NCBI GenBank assembly: GCA_964016885.1
Contig: OZ024743.1
Coordinates: 171,802,001-171,866,000, forward strand
Reading direction: 5' to 3'
DNA from: Eledone cirrhosa
Taxonomy: Eukaryota
Length of the DNA stretch: 64,000 nucleotides
Each line of letters starts with the position of its first letter. The stretch's first letter is position 1. Both the position numbers and the translations under genes were made by a program. Positions 52,604-64,000 of this stretch are shown here, piece after piece. Under the pieces are notes generated by a model. It was not told the origin of the DNA, searched no databases, and was given only the letters and a program-made list of their open reading frames with translations.

Positions 52604-54329
52604 CATCTATATTAAAACTTTTATACTCTGCTATGTATTGAGTACCTTACTTACTGTGGTTACCTCCGATTCAACCCGGAATAACTTACCTATATATATA
52701 TATATATATACACACACACATATATATACGAAAGAGTCGGAATCCAGGTGGCTGAGCTCTTGCCGTTTCAAAAGCTAGTTACAGATTGAATCGCAGATGT
52801 TTTGGTGGTTAAAATGAAAACTGTTTCAACAATAGATTCCAATGTCCAAATACGGGCATACATTCTTTACCCAATCGTAAAAGATCTTTACGAAAGTATT
52901 TGGTTTGTTGGGGGGGGGGGGTTATACACATATTTGGCTTAGCGATTGTTCATATCTATGTATGTGTGTGGTCACCTGTATTTATTCTAATTTATCTAGA
53001 CATATATAATAGTATCTAGACATACATAATAGTGTGAAAGGACCGAATTATCTTTATCAAGGAGGTCTGTTGTGTATATCTCAACCAAAGGCGTGCTTTC
53101 GTGATCTTCAGACATCGTAAGTGTTGAATTGGCGTCAGTCTCAAAGAATTCCACGAGACCAGCAAGAATCGATCATACCCGTTGACAGGAAAGTGATCTA
53201 TTTGCAATGACATGGTCGTCTATCCAGCAGTGCACACGTATTTAAGATTTATCCACACATCGACATCAAGTTTCTATAGTAAGTCAATCTTATAGTTGTG
53301 GTTTTTCTTCACAGTTGACAGAATATGTAAAAAAATTTAGACGAATGACTAGGTTTTACACAAAACTATTTTAAAAGAAAAGTTGTAGATAGTAATTGCT
53401 GTGATGGAATCGATAATATAAATTCTATTTAAGTCGAACAAATAAAATAAAATAGAAATAAAGAAAGAGAATAAAAATATTAAATAAATACAGATAAAAG
53501 GGTCCGGAATAAAAGTGTGCTCGATTAGCCGGTACTAATTGGGGTAATTTCTAGTGGAATAAAATTTGTTATAATTTTATAGATAAGATTAGATGTTATT
53601 CATATACGACGCCTCCGCAATGTGATACTAGTTAATGGCGGTGATTAAATATCATAGCTATGTGCTGGAAAAAGTAAAATGAGCAATTGTTAATTATTAA
53701 TGCTCTATAAGGGCCTATATTAATTTTCATAGGTGCGTATTTATGTTGCAAGGCGGATTCTTAGGGGTTATCTGCATGCAAAAAGGTAAATATTTTTCTG
53801 GGGTGTAGTGCTAGAGTAGGAAAGATTGAGGTAGATATCTCTTTGCGGGTATGTATATGTAGCTGAAGGGTTCGATGTGCTGCTCAGGTAGGTAGAAAAT
53901 GAGCAGTTACTGTACTTATTTCCTTTGCTAGTGATTTAGTTATGATGATGGTGTGTGCGTTTAGGTATGTTACTGGTCACTTAAACGCATCGGTAAGAGT
54001 TAATTCTATATGTAGCTTGTTCTTTGGGAATATATTAATATGGCTGAATGGTCGGATGTGCAGGTAGATACAAGATGCGCAGCTTATGTACTTGTTTCAT
54101 GCGGTTATACTTTAGTTTTAATGACGATATATATACTTTAGAATTTAAATTTCCATTCGAATATTTCTAAATATGTGTGTGTATATATATATGGGTGTTT
54201 ATGTTCTCTATATAGGTATGAATTTGCAGAGGTACTAGAGTGCAGTAGGGCGCCTATTTCAGAGTGTGTATGCACAATGAATGTTGGAAAACATATTTCA
54301 CCCACCTGGAACATGAGAAGGTCTGAAAT

Positions 54330-54900
54330 TGAGATACGTTTTATAGATTTGGTGTTTCTCACGAGGTAACAAGTACATCGTTTAGGTCACGAGGTAACAA
54401 GTAGATCGTTAATAATTGTTCCTTGGCGAACAACATTGGATTGTTTCCCCAGAGTATAAATTGAACGGACGGCGTCCTACTGTATAAGATTTGGAAAGGG
54501 GATAATATTTTTGTCGTGGAGGTCCCAAATATGGCTAGATAATGTTGTAGTGTTTCTCCGAGCCGGGTCTCTGAATGAATGTTGGTGTTGGTAATACCGT
54601 GTCTCGAACTTGTGGGGGGTTAATCCGATGTAAACTTTCTCGGAATGTTCCGTCGTAACGTTGTACTTGTAAACAACATACGTTGCCGGAATTTGTTGTT
54701 AAAAGTTATTTATCCAAACAATTACATTTCCTGGATAACTCCTCACTGAGTTTTGAATTGTGTCTGTTAGAATGGAGTTTGGCAGTGTTAGAGGAAGCAA
54801 TGATTTGTGCAAAGTTGGGTGCGGTGCTGTAAGAAAGTTTAATAGTGGTTCTGTTGAAGATATTGTGGTAGCGATTGGTGTGGAAAAAACATTGTGTGAA
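54330..54900 (-). mobile_element. Penelope-like GIY-YIG endonuclease remnant
   Basis: RYHNIFNRTTIKLSYS...VYKYNVTTEHSEKVYIGLTPHKFETRYYQHQHSFR..TTLSSHIWDL. Confidence 0.85.
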
Positions 54901-55082
54901 GTGAAAAATATATGTACAAGATAATCTCTCTTAACGGGTATTTTTTTCTTATACTAAACAAACATTTCCCACCGAAGAAGTATTGGTTCCGGTAATGATG
55001 ACCATATCGATCTTTTGATTGGTTTCACTTATTCTCCGATTCAGAACTTGTAAGAATAGTCGAAGAACTGGATCTGATAATA

Positions 55083-55265
55083 ATCATTTATACTTTTGGT
55101 ACGAGGCCAGCAATTATCCCAGTGCATTACTGGTACTTTATTTTATCAACCCCGTAAGGATGACAGGCAAAGTTAACCTCGGCGGGATTTGAACTCAGAG
55201 CGTAAAGGGCTGTAACTCTATGTTACAAAGCATGGCGTCCGACCCTCTACCGATACTGCCAATCC
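55083..55265 (-). mobile_element. tRNA-SINE
   Basis: Same family as 1411-1600. Confidence 0.85.
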
Positions 55266-55469
55266 TCTGATAATAATGATCATCTCAATCTATTGGAGTG
55301 GTCTAACTTATTTATTTTTTAATTCACAGACTGTTTTTACAGGGTTTTGGTCAGGCTCCTTAAGTTGCTTGAAGATTTATATATCCTTAGGGAACGATAT
55401 CTTATCGACCCGTCATATATATATGTATATATATATTGGAAAATGTGTGAGATCCTTGGTACAGTTAGG

Positions 55470-55612
55470 TATATTTGAAAAAAAGGAAAAGAATTACTTC
55501 ACTTGTAGTTCTAAACAATTTGATTTAATTTTATAATATTAAAATATTATAAAATTAAATCAAATTGTTTGGAACTACAAGTGAAGTCATTCTTTTCCTT
55601 TTTTTCAAATAT
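55470..55612. repeat. ~68-bp-arm AT-rich palindrome
   Basis: ATATTTGAAAAAAAGGAAAAGAA..TTATAATA / TATTATAA..TTCTTTTCCTTTTTTTCAAATAT with a ~6-nt spacer. Confidence 0.9.
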
Positions 55613-55719
55613 ATATATATATATACGTACGTTTAGATTTGCAAACGTATGTTGCGTGATCATTAAGTCTGGAGTAGCAACATAGAATAAGCATAGGAAT
55701 ATAAATATATCTTCTGCCG

Positions 55720-55990
55720 CCATTCCTGTGTGACCCGTAGAAGTGACATCATTTTCTTCGACGAATACTGGACCTTCTCCCAGAAATGGCAGCCGAGTGG
55801 AAGGTTTCACAGCCTTCTCAAGGAGCTTCTCTGTCCCCTATGACATATTTTTCTTAGAGTTGATCTTCTCGTCTTCGTGAAATGTAAATAATCAGAGGTT
55901 CACAGATGATTTACAAAAGTCTGGCGTGTTTTTCAATTTCTCTAGCATTTTCTCAGCAATAGCCATTCTCTCACCAGAATTTAGTTTAAG
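55720..55990 (-). mobile_element. Degenerate Tc1/mariner transposase fragment
   Basis: RMAIAEKMLEKLKNTPDF..FHEDEKINSKKN..GTE..GPVFVEEND resembles the mariner region F.SDEAHFHL.G.VN..N...WG.E..GP.FFE. Confidence 0.5.
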
Positions 55991-56069
55991 AAAAATGAAA
56001 TGAAAAATGAAAACAAGGAATGTGTGTCAAACAGATTGGTTAATCCGTAGGGTAAGCAAATGGAGTCCC

Positions 56070-56810
56070 ACGTGCTGGTCTCCCCATAGCCCTGGCGGAC
56101 AGAATGGAGAAGGCGTTTCTCCGGAGGATGGTAATCGTGATGCGTTGGAAGAGCCATTCCAAAATGCGAGGCTCACACCTGCGGCTGGCCAGCTCAGCGC
56201 CTATGGTGGTGAATAGGGAGGTTGCGCTAGGGCCAAGGACACCAGTAGTCTCCACTGCCAAGGGCACGATCGCGAACCTGTCAGAGAGCTACCGGTACTT
56301 GGAGAGTTTGGCCTCCTCAGCCCGATGTGCAGCAGTACCTGGGTTAGTCGCAGACTGCACCAGGTTGCGGCTGGGGAAAGTGTCGCTGCAAGTGGCATCA
56401 CAGACGAGGGGTTTGCCACCGGAGAACGGGAAGATGGTCATACCGTCTAGCTTTTTGCCGTCCCTCGGTCCAGCCCCACAGGTTCGAGCTGGGAGAGGAA
56501 GCCTGCAGCGTCCAAACCATGCTTTATGACCTCATTAAGGGCAGCATGGCGTGGAAGGTGGCCGGCACTGTCGCGACAGGAAAGAGGGTGGAGGCCGAAA
56601 GAGTCTATGATGGATCCACAGCGACATTTATGTGGCTCGCAGATCCGGAGTCCAAGCCTCAAGGATACGCCGATGCGCAGGCTATCGTTATCCAGTTTCG
56701 TGCCAGTGGAAAAGGAAGGCAAGGCATGGAGCTAGGAACCACTGTGGGGTTTGAAGGCCGCGCGAAAACAGGCAAGGCGGTGCTGGTGGAGCTACTGCTG
56801 AGGCCAGGCT
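56070..56810 (-). mobile_element. CRE-clade non-LTR retrotransposon 3' fragment (restriction-like endonuclease)
   Basis: LRLGL..CRCG..GLHPLSC..RHAALN..EP.GL..DG.T..DATC..AEEAKLSKY..PLAVETTG..FQRITI. Confidence 0.85.
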
Positions 56811-56899
56811 ACACTTGATGGCATCCCATATGCTTTGGGAGGACTTGACTTCAGCAGGGGGAGAAGGAGGAGGGACGACTACTGGGCTAAGTCCCAGCC

Positions 56900-57625
56900 T
56901 ATCCCACGTCTCAGAGGAGGCCTTATTTTATCAGCTACAAGTCTCTTAATTAGTCTCTATTCTGTATGGGTACTTCTTAATATCCTCTTTAAAAACCCTT
57001 CTGCATGTTTCTGTGTAGAAAACCAAGCATTGGCTTTTCCTTTGATGACGCTTCCTGGGTAGTCCAGAGTGGGCAGGGCCGTTCACAGACATTGTATTAA
57101 GGTTTCCTCATTGTCCCATAGGTCTCACACCTCTTCACCCAGTTTTGTATATTGGCTTTGAAGGGATCGGGTTTAGGAGATCAGCAAAATATTCTCTCCA
57201 CCTCGCCTTGATGCTGGAATTTGCAAACGACATGGTGTCACTTAACTCGACAGACAATGATCTTCGACTTGCACTTGATAGGTTTGATGCCGAATGCTGC
57301 ATGGCTGGAATGAAATCAGTGCTGCGAAATCTGAGGCACTCATTCTCTAAAGGAAGGCTACACAGTGCATTCAATATGTGAATGGAGTTCCCCTGAAGCA
57401 GGTAGAGAGGTCCAAGTATCTCGTGGCCGTATTCACGAGTGATTGGAGGTAGGACGCTGAATTAAGTGCAAGAAGTGCAAAAGATGGTGCAGTAATGCGT
57501 CTGCTTCAGCATTCAGTAATTAGAAAAAGGGAGGTAGGTGTAAAAGCCAAACTCGCTCTCTTCGATTCGGCTGTCGTGCTAGTCATGAATCTTGGGTAAT
57601 AACCGAAAGAATACGATTGCGAATA
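56900..57625. mobile_element. RTE-clade fragments in opposite orientation (minus to ~57210, plus from ~57210)
   Basis: Minus: RWREYFADLLNP. Plus: FANDMV..DLRLALDRFDAEC..GMK..KYL..ESWVITERIR. Confidence 0.7.
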
Positions 57626-57841
57626 TATCCCTGTGATAGATGTCATTTTGATATGTTAACGCTTGTGAGACTCATTATATTGGTCGGTGCTTGAAATTGA
57701 ATTGTATATCAATTGTCTGTAGTTCAGAACACAGAGGCATGGTGTATATAGACTGAGGCCTGACAACATTGTTTTACCTTGCGGTGTCACAGCTGAGTGT
57801 GTTTGCACGACAAACCAACACGCTTCCTACTGTTCCATCGG

Positions 57842-57843
<2 letters not shown>

Positions 57844-57907
<64 letters not shown>

Positions 57908-57982
57908 CTCCCCTCTCTCTCTCTCCTCCTCCCCTCTCTCCCTCTCTCTCTCTCAAACACACACACACACACTCTCTCTCTC

Positions 57983-58058
<76 letters not shown>

Positions 58059-58064
58059 TCTCTC
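57844..58064. repeat. (CT)n/(CA)n compound microsatellite
   Basis: Directly visible. Confidence 0.97.
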
Positions 58065-58486
58065 TGTTTGTGTGTATTTGTGTTTCTCTGTTTCATGGGT
58101 TTGAATATATTTAAAGAGAGCCTAATTAGAAGATGAAAATAACACCGAGGTTCTTTTATATAATGAAGTTTTGATATTATAGATGTGAAAAACAGTGTAG
58201 AGCGGTGCAGAGTAGAATGATAGTAATGCAATAGTGTAGGGCAGTGTAGTAGTAATATAGTATAGAGTAGTGTAGGAGTAATATTGTAGTGTAGTGCAGC
58301 GTTGTGTAGTAGTAATATAGTAGTGTAATATAGCAGCACTGCAGCAGTATAGAGCAGTGTAATAGTAATATAGTAGTGCGATGTGGTAGTGATGTGGTAG
58401 TGAAGAGCAGTGTATAGTAGTGAAGTATGGCGTGAAGTAGTTTCGTGTAATATTAATATAGAATTATGTAATGTAATATTAATATA

Positions 58487-59219
<733 letters not shown>

Positions 59220-60083
59220 TAAGTATTAAGACAGCGTAAGGCAGCGAACTGGTAGAGTCGTTAGAACGTGGGATAGAATTCTTTGAGGATCCGTTCTGCT
59301 CGCTCAGTTCAAATCCTGCCGAAGTCTACTTCGCGTTTCATCCATTTGAGGTCGATAAAAAAGTATTAATCTAGTTCAGGGATAGATTCTTCCTCTATAT
59401 CTCTTTCTCACTTCGATTCTCTCATTCTCTATCCTTCTATGGAAGAAATATTTTGAGACCTGGAGAGGAAATGGGCACCGCCAGGTTTTTAAAATGCTCT
59501 AGAAACACAGTATTTCAATAGGACGCTCCTACGACGCCCTCGGGAGTTACTGGACTATGCATGCATAGAACAGTAATGATAGAGTAGTCTAGAGCTGTGT
59601 AGTGTAATATAGTATTATGTAATGTAATATTAATATATACGTATAGCAGAGCAATAGTATAATAGTTTAATGTAACATAGAATTGTAGAAAAGTGTAATG
59701 TAGTGTAGAACTATATAAAGTTAACTGAACAGTGGTTACAGTATTTTCTTCTTTCAAGTGGGCATTAGTCGGTGACATCATTTCTACATAATATTTTGGT
59801 TCATTTCGGAAGGCTGCACGAAGGACTTCAAAGAAGAATCCCTCACCCTCTCACGGAAGGGTTTCAGTCCTTAACTCTTTAAAAATCGGAAATCTGTTTT
59901 ACTCCATTCGCGTCCCTACAGGTTGCATAAGTAATATCTCCAAATGTGGATAGTTCTGGCCAGACAGAAGTTTGAAAGGTGAAATAAAGGACTCGGAAAC
60001 CATATATGTATAAACGATATATATAATCATTCACACACACATACATACACACACACACTCACACACACACACAAACACACACA

Positions 60084-60210
<127 letters not shown>

Positions 60211-60269
60211 ACACACATACACACACACATACACAAACATACACATACATATATAAAGAGAGATTTAAA

Positions 60270-61230
60270 ACCCAGCATAGTTGATGTCAATGCCGTGCAC
60301 GTCCACTCCGACAAAACTGGCAATCTATATCAAGTGGAGCGCAGTACTTACCATCAACTGCTACATAATGCTGTAACTAAGGATTACCGTAAAACTAATC
60401 GGTGTGTCATCAATGAAATCAACGATGCTGGGTTTAAAATCACCTCTGATCAGAACATCCTGGACCGGACTCAACCTCTGGACCCTATTTCTCCCCACTT
60501 CACAAATCCAATTTCCCGAACAACCCCACTATTCGGCTTATTAACCCTACGAAGTCCGATTTAGGTAGACTTAATAAAAGGATTTTAGATAGAATTATAC
60601 CTGAAATTAGAAGCTTGGCCCCTCTTGCACTTTGGAACAATTCTTTCGCAGTGATTGATTGGTTCAACGGCAGATGCAACCAGGAACATTGCCGTTTTAT
60701 CCAATTCGAAATCAATAATTACTACTCCTCCATCACTTTAGCACTTCTTCTTAGTGCTATCAATTTCGCTAAAACGCTCACGGTGGTTAAGGATTTCGAA
60801 GTTGATGTCATCCTCAATTCCCGTAAGTCGTTGATTAATTTCGATGACTCTATTTGGATTAAAAAATCTAATAGTACCAGATTCGACGTGAGTATGGGCG
60901 CCAGCGATTCTGCGGAGGTTACTGATCTTATCGGCCTTTTCCTTCTTTTCTCTATCAAGGAAGAATTCCCCAACGTGGGCGGTGATTTGTACCGTGATGA
61001 CAGTCTTTTGACCATGAAAAAGTGCGGCCCACGTGCTTGCGACAGGTTCAGAAAAGAACTCACAGCCTTCTTTAAAGGCTTCAACCTCTCCATACAGGTC
61101 GAGGCCAACCTCTCGGTCGGTAATTACCTCGACTTTACCCTCAATTTGTCAAATGGCTTGCACTCCCCGTATAGAAAGCCAAATGATACGTTTAATTACA
61201 TAAGTAAGCATTCTAACCATCCTGCTAGCA
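60270..61230 (+). pseudogene. Penelope-like RT fragment (duplicate of 47496-48460)
   Basis: Identical ORFs. Confidence 0.9.
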
Positions 61231-61996
61231 TGTATTTATGTGTGTATATTTATATACGTTTATATAGTTATATGTATACACGCACACACACACACACATA
61301 CACACATATATATATATTTTTAAAATATATTTTTATGTGTATTTGGTGTATACGTTCGTATGTGTGCGGGTACAGGTGTTGCACGGTTTTGTATGTGCGC
61401 GCGTATTTTTGTGTACGTGCTTGTATATGCATACCCATAACGGGTGTTTTCGCGTATGCATGTGTATGTACGTATATGGATGCGTGCATGTATATATATA
61501 TAATTATTGTTGATTTCAATAACCTCTGTAATTTATTTACATTATTCTTAACTCTGAAGCCGAGTATCATTCGGTTTCTTAAATAGAATTTTAGTCTACG
61601 ACTTCATTTATACCATAAACGTGGTTTTGTCTTTGCGTGTAATTGTTCTCATCGTTCCACATAATGACGTATTATCTTCGCTTTTTTTACCGTTCATTGC
61701 CAGGGAATGTCTCCACGAACCACTTAAATAGAGTATCGAGTCCACGACTTCATTTATACCAAAAACGTGGATTTGTCTGTGCGTGTCATTGTTCTCAACG
61801 ATCCAAATAATGATGTATTATCCTCGTTTTTTCCGTTCATTGCCAGGCAACGTCTCCATGAACCAAAGTATTAACTTCATGTCTTCCTTCGGTTGCAACG
61901 GTTTTCGAAATATTTACTTCTGCGTTCACAGATTGATCTTTTTAGTTTCAGAAGATCCCGTTACGGGTGAAAGCAGCGATTCTGTTATTTTAATAA

Positions 61997-62070
<74 letters not shown>

Positions 62071-62239
62071 ATAATAATAAATTTGAAGACTAAAATCCAA
62101 AGAGGGCTCGATAAGGATAAATATATATCCAATATATAAGAAGCGTAGAGCAAATATTTATTAAAATAACAGATTAAAGTTTAAGCAAAGAATCGCTGCT
62201 TTCATCTTTAACGGGATCTTCTGAAACTAACTCTTTGTT

Positions 62240-62290
62240 AGTTTCAGAAGATCCCGTTAAGGGTGAAAGCAGCGATTCTTTGCTTAAACT
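62240..62290 (+). ncRNA. Hammerhead-like motif family C, best-paired copy (mirror 46437-46487, minus)
   Basis: AGTTT-CAGAAGA-T-CCC-GTTAA-GGG-T-GAA-AGCA-GCGATTCTT-TGCT-T^AAACT; U4A core variant. Confidence 0.6.
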
Positions 62291-62305
62291 TTAATCTGTT
62301 ATTTT

Positions 62306-62399
<94 letters not shown>

Positions 62400-63891
62400 A
62401 TATATATATATATATATAAAGTTGAAACAGACAGAAGGCTAAACAATGCAATGAAGGGCCGGAGTGTGCTAATTGTATGTTTAGTTCTTCTTTGCGGATC
62501 GCAATGTGGATAGCTCTGCGGATAGCTGTGGTTATTCTTTCCCTGAAATGTGGTAATTTCATGAAGCAGGTGTTAGAGAAGGTCTTATGTCTGCGACGTC
62601 TTCGATTCTTCAGTTGATTTATTGTTGGTGTTGGGTATTAGTTCGTTGATACACACACATTATGCTTTTACTATCTTAGTCATATTGCTGTATTAAGTTC
62701 GCTTTCCAATCCCAACGTGCTGGGTTCTAATCCTACATGCGTTCCTATAGATAGTTATTTCTCCAAAGTTACACATATATTTAATCCTGTATGTCATATG
62801 TCTATATACGCTGAAAATTTATGTAATCATCTCCTAGAAATATATTATTAACATATCATTCTTAACGTTAATCGATTACACATATCAGCAATCAACATAA
62901 ACTATAGGACTTCTCTAATGAAAAAGAATAATTTAACAAAACGCAAATTTCTTAGTTTGTGTGGTTGTCCTTATATCCAGAAATCCAGTTATATATGACA
63001 TACCAATGCTGGACTCCAAAACTAAATACGTTCAACAACATTGCAGTCATTATTGACGACATGGGTCTACTATTATTGATTAAATTGCATGCAATCCGTA
63101 CATTGGTGATTACACAATCAAATCAGAGTAGAACATATTTGTCTCATGCTAATCACCGAAATTCATTAATTCCACAGTCAGAGTTCAATCATTTTCTAAT
63201 CTCTTTTAATATAATACACACACACACACACACACACGCATGCATGTGTGTGTGTTTACATACAAAGTCTGTAACATTGAAGGGCAACCAAAATGGAGTG
63301 GACCACCCCGCACTCCATTGGGATTTTACTAATTACACTGTGTAACACATTTTTTTGTTCCCCGGTTCTACGTGTCATTTCATGGTTTGTTATATCCCAT
63401 TATTATTTTTAAAAAAAACACTATTATTTAATCAGAAGTTCGGGCTTGTGGTAAGGAGTTTGATATTTCGAAATTTTCATATGTTTCAAGAAAAAACACA
63501 TTTTTTTAAATTTATCAGTTCATATAATTAAATTAATAGAGTATATATATATTTTATTACACAAGCTTATCAAAAGCAGCAAACAAGTAAAAACAAATAA
63601 CACTTATAAAGCAACTTATACACGTCAGAAATGACTGGATTTCATGGATTTGCGGTCGTAGGGTTGTACGTATGGGTTTACCGAACATTTATTATAATGA
63701 TTGAACGTCTGAAAGTATATACTTACCTTATGCATATTAATGGCTGAGCCATTAGAAATGAAAGTTCGTTTCATTTTTTTCCATTTATCGTATTCGGTGC
63801 GCCCGGCCGATTAACTCACTCGATATTCAAATTAGGCTGCTGAGACATTAATATGCATAAGGAAAGTATATATTTTCAGACGTTCAATCAT

Positions 63892-63960
63892 CTGGCAGGA
63901 AGGTATACGGTGCTGACGATAGCTAATAAGCTTGAAACTAGTACATCGTTACTTTGTCAG
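63892..63960 (+). ncRNA. Family A hammerhead with extended stem I
   Basis: Core at 63907-63949 is identical to 50242-50284. CTGGCAG/TTGTCAG and AGGTA/TACTT extend stem I. Confidence 0.87.
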
Positions 63961-64000
63961 TGTTGAACAAAAGGGCAACGATAGTTGCTAAACACTGTAC

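Overview
AT-rich, microsatellite-dense animal DNA. The SINE types and (TA)n/(TAA)n load suggest a coleoid cephalopod such as octopus; this is inference. One host exon is recognisable: the first coding exon of a type II membrane M1 aminopeptidase (minus, 42002-42809). Nearly everything else is mobile DNA: (i) a chain of R4/Dong-type and Tx1/L1-type LINEs and tRNA-SINEs all joined through (TAA)n microsatellites, including a near-intact Dong-like copy; (ii) a Chapaev3-like DNA transposon with TAA TSD, two non-autonomous Helitrons, and CRE, RTE and Tc1/mariner fragments; (iii) many Penelope-like remnants. The most notable structures are at least three unrelated families of type I hammerhead ribozyme motifs at 46-64 kb. 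They occur in a 428-bp tandem, retrozyme-like repeat, as an inverted pair, and as palindromic copies with a non-canonical CAGAAGA core, and all three share an unusual U-U at 10.1/11.1. There is also a 4.9-kb near-identical inverted duplication whose junctions reconstruct an inversion with staggered breaks. All calls were made by eye, without database searches or folding software; approximate boundaries may be off by tens of bases.
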